DNA of 64,000 nucleotides, taken from positions 13,953,934 to 14,017,933 of the forward strand of contig OZ316899.1 in the NCBI GenBank assembly GCA_973895155.1. The letters run 5' to 3'. The position numbers and the translations under genes were made by a program. Below, piece by piece: positions 1 to 11,039 of this stretch (position 1 is its first letter; each line of letters starts with the position of its first letter). The notes beneath the pieces are model-generated. The model was not told the DNA's origin. It was given only the letters and a program-made list of their open reading frames with translations, and did not search any database. Origin of the DNA: Marsupella aquatica. Taxonomy: Eukaryota > Plantae > Marchantiophyta.

Positions 1-428
1 TCGAGGGGTGGGTGTACCAGTGTTTAGGGTTGTCCAGGAGGCCAGTCGTGGCAAAGTGTGAAGTGACCAAGGCGTTCAATTTTTAGAGTCTTCCTCTAAT
101 CAATCCACGGGGCAACTTGTTGCTACTCGTGAGGCGCAAGAGCCGGAAGGGCTATAGCTAGCAAGAAATAGCCGAGAGATTAGGGTAAACCGCGACTTTG
201 GGGAGCTCCAAACCCTAAAGCTCCGCATATATCCAACTCGATTTTGTGGGGTAAACCACTTATCGATCTGTTGGAAGAGTTGTTGTTTGGCGATGGACAA
301 CTGCAAAGCATGAAGCAAAGCAGCATGTATTGTTGCATGGAGCATGACTGGTATCACACAATGCCATTGTCGAAATGTTTACGGTTGTCGGAGTTGAGGA
401 CTCATAATGTCCAGTAACAATAATAATA

Positions 429-2249
429 ATGAAGACAAACATGGCTCGTGCCGCGGCTGCAACAACAGCGGGGAAGAAACGGGAAGCAGAGAGCACTGAA
501 GTGGGGTCGTCGGAACAGCATGGGAAGAAGACGAGGATGACATCAAACCAAAGTCTAGCGCAAAAGGCGGGGTGTGGTAGGAGGGTTCGGGATTCACAAA
601 GCGGACCAGGTTGACAAGTGTGAAGCCGAGGTCATTGCATCGACAACGCCCAAAAACCTGGAGTGGAATGAGTGGATTGATGCGGTACCCGACAAGCAGT
701 GGCTTTTGTTTCCTCGGGAGGAGGACGATGTGTTCAAGGCATTATGTACAGATAAGCGTGACCCCAGTTTAATGAACAATTCAGGGTTAGAAGATTTTAT
801 CAGATTACCCTGGCTACAAAACAATGCAAGCCAGCGGGAGTTGATGGAGTTCATAGGTAATTGGGATCCTGCCAAAAAAGTGACTCATGTCTATGGCCGG
901 GAATTTGTATTGAACATGCGGGTAGTGTCAGAGGTGTTCGGCTTACGGCAAGGTCAAACTAACAAAATTGAACAACGGGTGGTGGCTAAGATAGAAAAGT
1001 GGGACAACTTTGAAGGGCCACCAAAAGCGAACGGGTTCCTTCAAACTCAGTGCACCAACAAGCAGTTTTTGGAATTGTTGGATTTCCTTAGGGTTACATT
1101 GTGGTTTACCAACAGTCGAACTGAGATAGGTAAGAACCAGGTGCTCTTAGGATAGAATGTAGGTGCGGTTAGAGATTACCGTGGGTTTCTTTATAGGAAA
1201 GTGTTGGACGAGTTAAATTCTAACCGCAAGGTTATAGCGGATGGAGCTCTTTCGAGAGCTGTTTCCAAGCTATCATATCATTTGCCGATGATATGCAAGT
1301 ATGCTCGGAGGGAGATTTTGGGAATAGGTGGTATGGTAGATGAGATAGCAGCCAGCAGATCGCAGACTGCACTAGCTGAGCAAGAGGAGAATACATCTTC
1401 TCCGTTGGTAGCAACAAGCGCCAAGGATTTTAAGAAGCCACTCCTGGAGGTGCTTAGTCCAGATGACTGGGTGCCCGAGAAAGAATTGTGTCCAAGTGGT
1501 AGTTCACCAATGCAAGCTGAAGTGGATGAACCTGTTAGTCGGCGATGTACAAGGGCAAATAAACAGGGGCATGGGCTCAAAGCCAAAGCGAGAGGTGCAA
1601 GAAGAGGCGGCGTTGCTAAGGCAAGTTCCAGGTCACCGATCGATTATGATATCAAGAATTGCACCGGTGAGACGTCAAATGAGGACTTTGGGATATAGGG
1701 AATAAAGGTGCAGAACCAAAGGTGGAGTCCGGCAACGGCATTCAGCCATGTTCGAGCCGACGCTGCAAGAGCCCACTTTTCCTACTAGTGGTAAGGGGTC
1801 CAAAGAAGCGTACCAGGAGTGTTTAGGGTGCCGCTGTGAATTTGGAGGGAGAATGCCAGGGGGTCCATGGCAAGCCAAAATGAAGGTTCCAAACAAGCAC
1901 GTCGAGTTTCCGGCAAGGGTCCGGGATGAGGAGCGAGTAGTTTGTGCAATTCATACCATCCAACCCTCATCGATGGAATACCTTAGGATCGCCAAATTTG
2001 ACATTAATTTGTTTAATAAACTTCAGGAGTCAAAGACAAACACAATATTTGCCCTCAGTGGTGAGGTGGCCAACTTGGTTGCTGCTGTGCTTAAGGAAGA
2101 GCAGGAGTCAAGGCCGAGGATTGTTAAGATGCTGGCCGAGAAGAAATGGGTTGAAGATCAATTGAAGGAAGCCGAGGCCGAGAATAAATGGCTGGAAGAT
2201 CAATTGAAGGAAACTAAGGCTCAATTGAAGGAGACTGAGGCCGAGTTAG
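429..2249 (+). pseudogene. LTR-borne protein family, copy A (globular domain + coiled coil), disrupted by stops/frameshifts
   Basis: ORFs 574-1155 and 1201-1698 align with the LTR ORF at 4898-5992: SGLEDFIRLPWL/SGLEAFVRLPWL, NGFLQTQCTN/NGFFRNTCTN, DFLRVT, EIGKNQV/EIGKAQV, SKLSYHLPMICKYAR/SRLGYHMPLLCRYAR. ORF 1748-2249 is coiled coil. Confidence 0.85.
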
Positions 2250-5200
2250 TGTGGTGCGTCCCATGGCTCCCTAAACCCAAGAAACCCCCCCAGCGCAAGC
2301 CGATTCCCGCAGGTTTCGCGCTTGGCGAGGCCATTTCCGCGGCTTAGCGGCATGGGACGCTGCTAACCTCCTTCTACTACTACTATTAACATTTTACACA
2401 CATATACTGGACAGATCCTTCATCGGGTCATGAGATACGTAGCCGGCCTAATCTAGGCCTTCCCTTGTCTTCCCCTCCGTCTTGTTAGGTATGTTTGGAT
2501 TCCGCCACCGGAATGATCCCCAATAGGCTTGGTTAAGCCGCTAAGACCTCTCTCAGCTCGACACATCCAACTCTCACTCCCCTGCTTACTTTCCTTCCTC
2601 TATTGGTTGATGTGGGCACTCTTCACACAAGTTAATGCGACACACAAATAGCAAAATGACTCCTTCTGACTGAGTCATACCATGCACTTGCCATACAAAC
2701 AATACATCTCATACACAAGCTCTGCGAACTAAGCCGTGAGGCCAACTCTATTCAGCTCTTAGGCATGAGGAAACATGAATATACACAAGGGTCACTGTAT
2801 GACTAACCGAGAGCTTCTCTTACTACTTGATCCCAGCCCGGCTGGTGCAAACTAAAAACTTGCTAAAGAAGAGGCCCTGAGCTCCCCGCTGCCCAGGTAC
2901 TTATCCTGGTAGTGGATCCGCCTAATTCTTTGCAGCGTAAGCCTAATCTACCTAACTGGATCTACCTATGTACAGCGAGGCAGGAGTACAAGTGTTGCTC
3001 TTACCAGTGGAACCGCAATCCCACTAAGCTAAGTGTCAGGGCCGCCTCCTGGTCCTGATCCTAATCCTAAACTTAGAGATCTGAGCCCGCCCTGCCCACT
3101 CATGCCTCCTCCCTCCACGTCTGCCCTCCTTGAAAGGAGCGGCCCTCCACCACCGTCATGGCAGCGGTGGCTGTTCCTCAGTGGACGCCCCCAACGCTTC
3201 CACCTTAGCCACTGCCGTAGGTTCGTTCTCTGACAGATTACCTGCCCTTGACTGAGTCAACTCTCCATCGGCCTGACTGGGTCCACCCCCGGCAACGGCA
3301 TCGGCTTCAACATCAGCCTCGGCTACGGCCTCAGCCTCGGCCACGGCCTCCCTGGCTTGCTCAAGAGGTGGATCTAGGATACCGGCCTCATTACTGAGTA
3401 GTTTGGCTTGGGTCGCGCCATCCCCACCTTTGGTGGTAGCGGAATCTATTGCCGTGTTCATGCCGGAGGTTGGTACCGGTTTGAGTACGGCTTGAGGGGT
3501 CGAATAACCTCCGGACCCTGAAGGTTTCCGCTTCTTCTTCTTCACTATCTCCATAGCCGGTTCCTTCCCCTTGCTGCCAATGTCCGGCACCGGGCCGTGT
3601 GTCACGGCTGGTCCTTCGGCAATTACCACCCCGGGTAACTAGTTTGCCCCAACGGGAGATGGACCTGATGCAGCTAAGCATTTAAATACTGCGGCTTGTT
3701 TCTTCAGCCGCTCTATTTGGTTGTCGGCCCGCCGCTGTAGATTCTCCATCTTCCTCGTGATTTCCTCCAACTCCTCCTGGGTCTCATCCAGGTCCTTACA
3801 CTCCTCCAGCTCGTTTTTGGCTTCCTCCAATTCCCTGTGGGCTTCCTCCAATTCCTTTTTGGTGGTAGCCCTCTCCTCCTGGGTTGCTCTTAGCTCCTTG
3901 TCGAGCTCCGCTACGACCTCAGACTCCATGTTATTCATCTTGGCATAAGTCTGGTCGAGCTGGGCGTCCTTCTCCCGCAGGTCGGCCTTGAAGCTGGCCG
4001 TCAGGGACGCAAGCTCCTGTTGTAGCGCAACAATCCCTTGATAGGATTTCCCTAACTCGGCCTCCTTCTGCTCAAGGGCTCGGCGGATGACCTCAAGCTC
4101 TCCCTTCAGCGCCCTCTCCCTTCTCTGAGTCTCCGCCGCGACCCGGTTGTTGACTACTATATGGGCCTCCTCTGCGTCTCTCAGCTCCTTCTTCCATTTC
4201 TCCCTGTCCTTGATTGCGTCGGCCAATTCTTCCTGGGTCTGAGTCAGTTTATCCTTGATAATCTGATTATCAGCCTGCGCGGTGTCCAACTGCCCCTGCA
4301 TGATGTTCAGTTCATGTCGCTTAATCCGCAGTTCATCTTGGGCTTTCTTGGCCACCCTTAGATCTTCAATCTTGGCTTCCATCCTCCTAAGCCGCCGGAT
4401 GACCTCGTCCTTCTTGTTTCTCTCTAAAGCCACCGCTTCTTCTAACTGGTGCTTCTCCAACTGCTCCCTATGGAAAAAGGGTCCTACCTCCAACTCCTCC
4501 CCAAAGATGCCGAGCGCAAGTTCCCCACATATCTCACCATACTCCATGGCTCTATTCTTAGCGTAGGTGGAGTAAGTAGAAGTGATCGGCATCGCCCATC
4601 GCGGCCTCTGCTCCCAAGCCGTCTTGCGGATCTCTTCAATCGTGGCTAGAAGTTTGCTTCCTTTTTCGGCTAGCCGCCTGATGTCCTCCGGCCAATCTCC
4701 TCCTGGCAAATCCTTTTCCCTAGCCAGGGCTGCCTTTTCTGCTTCCCTAAGTCGCTCCTGGAATTCCTGTGCCGTCTGCTTTATGCCGTCAAAGCTCCGG
4801 AGAGCAACATCTGGTGGGGGAGACTCGGGGCTACTCTGCTGGTTGGGGTCCCCTCGAACTACCCTTGGAAGTGTGGGGATAAACCGGCCACAGGTCCTTA
4901 CTCCTGGAACGTGATGGTCCGACCCATAGTCGGAGTTATCATGGCTGCAGTCCTCCATTGCCTCCTCCAACCCTTGGACTTCCGGCTTCTCCCTCTCGTC
5001 TTCGCCGGTAGGAGCTTCAGGCAATTCTGCCTCAGTTCAGAGCTTGAGACTCCCACGTACATTCGAACACCCGGCTTGGATTCTGGCCTGATTCTCTCCT
5101 TATTTCCGGTAAAGGGGTTTTCCCTTCTAAGTCTGCTTAGGTTGACCTCTGGGGCAGTGTCCTGTATTGGTGCCGCTGTCGAAGCTGGTGCCAGTGCCGT

Positions 5201-6910
5201 CTTTTCCTTCTCCAGCATTTTCAGCAGATTTTGCATGCTTGGTTGCTGCATCGGCAAGTCTTCCTTCCTTGGCCTAAACACCTGCTCAATCGTAGGGCTA
5301 ACAGGTGGTTGAGGCTTCTCTGCTACCGGCCTCGGTGCTGGAGCTTCCTCGGGTGTCCTTACCTGCAGGGGAAGTACTGGGGCAAAGGTCTGACTTCTGG
5401 CATACCGGCACAACAGCGGCATGTGATAGCCAAGCCGCGACACGCTCCCCATGCTGATTACCTGCTGCTCCTCCTTTAAGATCTTCTTCAATTGGTTGAG
5501 GAGGTACCCGTTGTAGTCCCGGCTTGGGTCTCGCCTCTCTGCCAGATAGACCTGTGCCTTGCCGATCTCTGCCCTCGGCAAGTTACAATGCATGGTCACC
5601 CGCAAGAAGTCGATCATCTCTCCTATGTGCGGGTTGGTGCAGGTGTTCCGGAAGAAGCCATTCTTCGTTGATGGCCCGGGGAACGACCGGAACTCCTTGT
5701 CAGGCAAGGTCTTCCTGGTATCAACTTTGGTCTTATTGCCTATCGGCAAGCCAAACACTTTGGCAATCACCTTGGGAGTAAGATAGAAATCCTTCCCATA
5801 TATCCTCGTGGAATTGGTCTCGGGTTCCCATGACCCCACGAATTCTAATAAGTCTGAATCCGGCACCTCCGACTTCAGCCATGGTAATCTTACAAAGGCC
5901 TCTAAGCCGGATCCGGCCATGAAGCCTTGGTACTTCTTGGTCTGCATGGCCGTAAAGCATACATCCTCCTCCCGTGCAAAATGTAGTTGCACCTCCTCTG
6001 GTAGGGTTGCCGCCCAGCCCTTCCAGGTGTCATCCCTGGTTGGAATGGCATTGATGGGATCGTCCTCCTCTTCGGCTTCTCCCTGCCTCCTGCTCTGCTG
6101 CTCAGCTGGCTACTTTGGTGTCGCCGACCTCGTTCTTTTTGCCGGGGTGGCTTCATCGTTGACGGCTCCCTTCCTCTTCATTTCGGCTTCCGTGGATGTC
6201 TCTCCTAGCACGGTTGCCTTTGTCCACCCCTCCGTCCTACCCTTCAACTCCCAGTGTATGTTGTTGCAGCGTTTGATGGCTTCTCGGATGCCGACGACTC
6301 TATCTTCGCAAAACAAAAGATCGTCGAGCTGATTGGAAGTAGGAGTCCACAAGAACTCGGCCTTGATGAGTTCGCCTCCTAAGAAAGCCGTCTTCTGCAG
6401 CTCCCACAATCGAGCAAGCTCCTACGTTCTCGAGCTGCCCTTTCTGATTCTTCGTCCTCGTAAGTCTTGATGTACTCAGTTGCCCGTTCGAACAGGCATC
6501 CCCAGAAATGTGCCGCTTGATTGACGTTGCTCATACCCTCCTTAGGTCGATCGTCTGTATCTACTCTCTCCCCGAGTGCTTGCCTAAGTAGCTGACAGTA
6601 GTTGGCCTCCCGTAGTCGTCTGCCTAGTTCGTGCTCGCAAATGAGCCACCATTCCCTGCAAGCGCTCCTTACCCCTCTCCTCTTCCGGTTCTTCCTCCCG
6701 TTGATCCTTCCTAGCCGCCGACGCTTAGCGCGCCCTAACCCTAATCTTGTTTTCACCCCCAGCGTCCTTACCTCCGGCCTCGGCCCGGGTTCCATAGTCG
6801 CCCCTAATTGTTTATATTTTCCTTGTTTTGTCCCTATACTAAGGTGTTTCTAGGGTGCACTCCTGCTTTACCTACTTAACTGGCCGAGTGATTCCTGGCT
6901 AGGCATCACA
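2250..6910 (-). repeat. 3' LTR (4661 bp)
   Basis: Near-identical direct repeat of 13130-17775; ends TGTGGTGCG...GGCATCACA on the + strand. Confidence 0.96.
3156..6795 (-). pseudogene. LTR(U3)-encoded large protein, 3' LTR copy
   Basis: ORFs 6379-6795, 6110-6409, 4898-5992, 3639-5024 and 3156-3629 join into one frame when 1-bp deletions (~6425, ~5035) and the TAG at 6110 are corrected from the other LTR. The TAG at 3639 is shared by both LTRs. Confidence 0.88.
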
Positions 6911-9655
6911 TAGCTCCCCACTTAATTGTGAAGCATCCTCGCGAACAACTTCATCTTCGTCCATATAGTATTTCTTGAGGCGGTCATAATGGATGCGAAC
7001 TGGATACACTTCTCCCGTAATGTTGGCCAATTGTACGGAGCCATTGGAGAACTTCATGGTTATTCTAAAGGGTCCTAACCAGCGAGTGTAAAGCTTACCT
7101 GGAAACTTACTATACCTACTATCATAAAGTAATACAAGATCACCGGTGTGAATACTAACTGGTTTCAACTTTTTATCATACTGTTGCTTCATGGTTTTTT
7201 TTCTATATTCTATTCTCTCAGCTGAAATCATTCTTGCCTCCTCTAAAGCTTCTAATCTATATTCTCGCTCCTTCAGGCTCTCCTCCGCTGAGGCTCTTTC
7301 CTCAATTGTAACTTGAATTGTAGGGATCTCAAGTTGCATGGGTACCAGGGCTTCTTGTCCAAAGGTTAAGAAGAAGGGTGTATGACCGGTAGTGGTTTTA
7401 TAGGCTAAATTATAAGCAAAAACAGTAGCAAATAATTTATCATCCCAATCGAGTTTGTTCTGAGCTACTGTCTTGTTCAATATCTTTCCTATAATTTCGT
7501 TTGCTCGTTCTGTCAACCCATTTGCCTTTGGATGGTAGGGAGTAGTAGGCCTATGTCTAACTAAATACTGCTCATTTAAACGACTAATTATATCATTCAG
7601 AAAATGGGTTCCTCTATCACTAACTAATTCTAGGGGTGCTCCATACCTGGTGAAGATCTGCTCATACATGAATCTAGCCGTAGTAATTGCATCATCCTTC
7701 GTGGTCGGTCTGGCCTCTACCCATTTAGTTGCATAATCCGTAGCCAGGATTATGTACTTGTTTCGTCGAGGGTGGGTCAGTGGTTTCAGAGGTCCGATGT
7801 AATCAATACCCCACTTCTCGAATGGTGCCAGAGGTAGAATAGGGTGCAGTGGATGTCTTGTAGACGCCCTTGGTCCTCCTGCTCGCTGACAAGGATCACA
7901 TTGTTTGATGAACTGATAGACATCCTTGTGCAAGGTGGGCCACCAGTAACCGGCATTTAATATCTTTTTAGACGTGGTTACTGGGGCAAAATGTCCTCCG
8001 GCCTCCTCTCCATGCATGGCCCGTAGGACTCGTTTTACCTCTCCCTTTTCCAAACACCTTTGAATCGTGCCGTTGATTCCATGCTTGTGCAGTATGCCTT
8101 TAATGCACTGATACTGTCTGACCTTCCGCACAAAGACTGCGGCTTGTTCTCGGCTTAATCCTGGCTGTAATCTAGAAGTGCTGAGAAAATGTAAAATCTC
8201 AGGGTACCATGTATCAGCTATTTCCACAACGAATAGCTCCTCGTCGGGGAATCGATCGTCGATGCAATCCGTGGCAGGTTCACCTGTGATTCTTGAAAAG
8301 AAGTCGGCATTGGCGTGTAACTTTCCTGGCTTGATCCTCAGCTCATAGTCAAACTCCTGTAATAGCAAAATCCATCTTGCTACTCTGCCTGTAAGGTCCG
8401 GCTTATTGACTAGGTACTTCAAACTTTCATGATCGGTATGAAAGATTACCTTGTACCCTAGTAAATAATGCCTAAACTTTTTACAGGAATAAATGACTCC
8501 TAATGCTTCTCTCTCTGTGGTGGAGTAGTTCCGTTCGGCATCGGCAAGTTGGCGGCTTGCAAAGTATATGGGATGATCCCTTCCTTTCTCATCCAACTGA
8601 CTTAGTACTGAGCCGATACAGAAGCCCGAGACATCTACAAAAACATGAAAATCTTTGTTCCAGTCCGGTGCTATCATGACTGGGGCCTCTACTAACATCT
8701 GCTTCAATTCTACCACCGCTGTTACTCGTTCGGGTGTGGGTTCGAAGTCTGCTCCTGCCTTGAGCATGTTGGTTAATGGTAAAGCTAGCTTGGCAAAATC
8801 CTTGATGAACTGGCGATAGTAACCAATGCATCCTAAGAAGGATCTTACATCCTTTATGTTCTTAGGTTGCATGATATCTAGCCATACTGCTAGCTTACCT
8901 TTGTCAATCTCAATGCCCTTCCTTGATACCTTGTGACCTAGTAGCACCCCCTCGGTTACTGCAAAAAAACATTTATCTGGGTGTAACTTGAGACCTACCT
9001 CTCTGCATCTCATGAAAGTTTTCCTGAGGTATTTAGCATGTTTCGATGCCTTCCCGAATACTGCAAAGTCATCAATGAAGATTTCCATGAACTTTCTCAA
9101 GTAATCATGAAAAATGTTCACCATCAATCGTTGGAACATAGCTGGTGCGTTGCAGAGTCCAAACGGCATACGATTGAAGACATAGATCCCCCATTCCGTG
9201 ATGAAGGCCGTCTTGATTTGGTCTTCCTGCCGAATCCTGATTTGGTTATAACCAGAGTACCCATCCATGAATGAATATAGTTCATGACTGGCTACCATGT
9301 CTAGTACCATATCAGTAAAGGGTAAGGGAAAATGGTCTTTTAATGTCGCTTCATTCAGCTTCCTGTAATCCTGACAAACCCGGATCTTGGGTTTACCATC
9401 GGGTCCAGCTTTCTTGGGAACTATCACAATTGGAGACACCCAGTCTGAATGCAGGACTGGAGTGATGAATCCAGCTTCCACTAGTTTGTCGATTTCTGTT
9501 TTGACCATCAGGGAATACTTCGGGTTCATCCTTCGAATTGGTTGTCGAAATGATTTGGCTCCTAACATGAGATCAATTCGATGTTCCCCTAGTGTTGGAT
9601 CTACTCCCTTTAGATCTTGGTGACTCCATGCAAACACATCCTGAAATTCAATCAA
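6899..9655 (-). CDS. pol: Gypsy pol: RT, RNase H, integrase
   Basis: FMDGYSGYNQI and FIDDF (RT); VDVSG..IGSVL (RH); H-x6-H...CDPC, WGIDYIGP, SDRGTHF, NGLTERAN, WLGPF (INT). No chromodomain. The stop codon lies inside the 3' LTR. Confidence 0.97.
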   Translation of the reverse strand: MIEFQDVFAWSHQDLKGVDPTLGEHRIDLMLGAKSFRQPIRRMNPKYSLMVKTEIDKLVEAGFITPVLHSDWVSPIVIVPKKAGPDGKPKIRVCQDYRKLNEATLKDHFPLPFTDMVLDMVASHELYSFMDGYSGYNQIRIRQEDQIKTAFITEWGIYVFNRMPFGLCNAPAMFQRLMVNIFHDYLRKFMEIFIDDFAVFGKASKHAKYLRKTFMRCREVGLKLHPDKCFFAVTEGVLLGHKVSRKGIEIDKGKLAVWLDIMQPKNIKDVRSFLGCIGYYRQFIKDFAKLALPLTNMLKAGADFEPTPERVTAVVELKQMLVEAPVMIAPDWNKDFHVFVDVSGFCIGSVLSQLDEKGRDHPIYFASRQLADAERNYSTTEREALGVIYSCKKFRHYLLGYKVIFHTDHESLKYLVNKPDLTGRVARWILLLQEFDYELRIKPGKLHANADFFSRITGEPATDCIDDRFPDEELFVVEIADTWYPEILHFLSTSRLQPGLSREQAAVFVRKVRQYQCIKGILHKHGINGTIQRCLEKGEVKRVLRAMHGEEAGGHFAPVTTSKKILNAGYWWPTLHKDVYQFIKQCDPCQRAGGPRASTRHPLHPILPLAPFEKWGIDYIGPLKPLTHPRRNKYIILATDYATKWVEARPTTKDDAITTARFMYEQIFTRYGAPLELVSDRGTHFLNDIISRLNEQYLVRHRPTTPYHPKANGLTERANEIIGKILNKTVAQNKLDWDDKLFATVFAYNLAYKTTTGHTPFFLTFGQEALVPMQLEIPTIQVTIEERASAEESLKEREYRLEALEEARMISAERIEYRKKTMKQQYDKKLKPVSIHTGDLVLLYDSRYSKFPGKLYTRWLGPFRITMKFSNGSVQLANITGEVYPVRIHYDRLKKYYMDEDEVVREDASQLSGELCDA
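6911..6925 (-). other. Polypurine tract
   Basis: Minus strand TTAAGTGGGGAGCTA abuts the TG start of the 3' LTR. Confidence 0.75.
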
Positions 9656-9723
9656 TAAGTCACTGATCTCTTTCTCGAGCTCAGGTGCTAGGTTTCTCCC
9701 TAAGTTTCGTTCCCTTCCCTCTC

Positions 9724-11039
9724 CTAAGTCGAGCTTCCGATATTGCCGCGTTGGATCATATTAATCTGCTTCTTCAAATTCGGGTCCAGCTCGGCTTCCA
9801 GTCTCTCCAATCTCATACCTCCATAAACTGGAATCTCGGCTGTACTAGCTGAGTCGGTTTCTTCCTTGTTGTCCACAGATTGTCCCCTTGCCGTTCTACT
9901 CGGTTTTGAATTATTTGTTGGCTTCCCATCCTGACTAGGCTCTGGATTCTGTCTGTGCATCTCATCCACCTCTTCCTCCTGAGGGTCAGCCCGCTGTGCT
10001 CTCCCGGCTTCTAATAGGGCCTCAATTTGTTCTGCCCTCGTAATCGGCTTGTATGTCGATTCCCTGGTATTTAATTCCTTGCCGATGATCGATGGCGTTG
10101 TGGACCCCGTCAGCTCTGCCACAACACCTGCAGAAAATCCACTGTCCCTGCTACTGCTCCCCACTTAGCCGTTTTATCCAATTGGTCTACATCCTTTACT
10201 TCCTCCGGAATTGCAGCTAAAAAGGTGGATTCTATTGTAAAGCAGTCCTCGACCTTTTCGTCCTCTTCTTCCAAGTCACCTTCCAATGGTTCTTGCCATA
10301 ATCCGCTGGGGGGTACCTCCGGTCCAAAGACACTTTCTTCGGTTAGGTCAGTGAGGCATCCTAGCCAACGTACTTCATCGGCTGACTCCAGTCCACTGTC
10401 GTACCCATCTACTTCCCTTATGCTTTTCCTACGGTCATCCTTAGTGTCCCAGGATACCGTGATAGAGGGGGTCCCGAAAGTGAACTGCTTTTTACCCCAA
10501 TCTTCTATTACCTCGGCTAGGTACAGCCATGGCCTGCCAATTAATAGCCGAAACGACGTAGGGTTTACCGGCTTCATTACTACATAGTTAATGCTAAAGA
10601 AGATACCTCCTATCTCTGTCTTGATGCCGGTTAACACTCCCGTGGGAATGACCTGATACCCATTGGCCATGTTCAACACTCTTCCAGTCATTTCCGGTGT
10701 TAGACCCCATCCTTTTGCTGTTGAATCAATCATAATACATACCCCTGATCCTCCATCGATGGGTACCCGTAGTAATAATTCTCCTTGAATCATTAATGGT
10801 AAAGCTGGGGCTCCTTGATCTTCTTCTATCATCAGCACATCGGATTTGGTTGCTACCTTGGGTAATCTCGGCTTGCCGAGAATAGCCTTCCTTAATTGCT
10901 TCCGGAAGTACGGGCTATTTTTCAGTAGTTGACCTACTGTTGTCGAGACTCTAGATTCTAGTACATCTTTAGCCAGGTCATAGGGAACTATCGGTTTCTC
11001 CAGTGGTGTCTCTATCTTGGATTCGGCCTGTTTTTTCAC
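9724..11039 (-). pseudogene. Aspartic protease and PR-RT spacer, frameshifted
   Basis: PIDGGSGVCIM catalytic motif and LLIGRPWL in ORF 10110-11039. Frame changes near 11036, 10150 and 9740. Confidence 0.88.
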
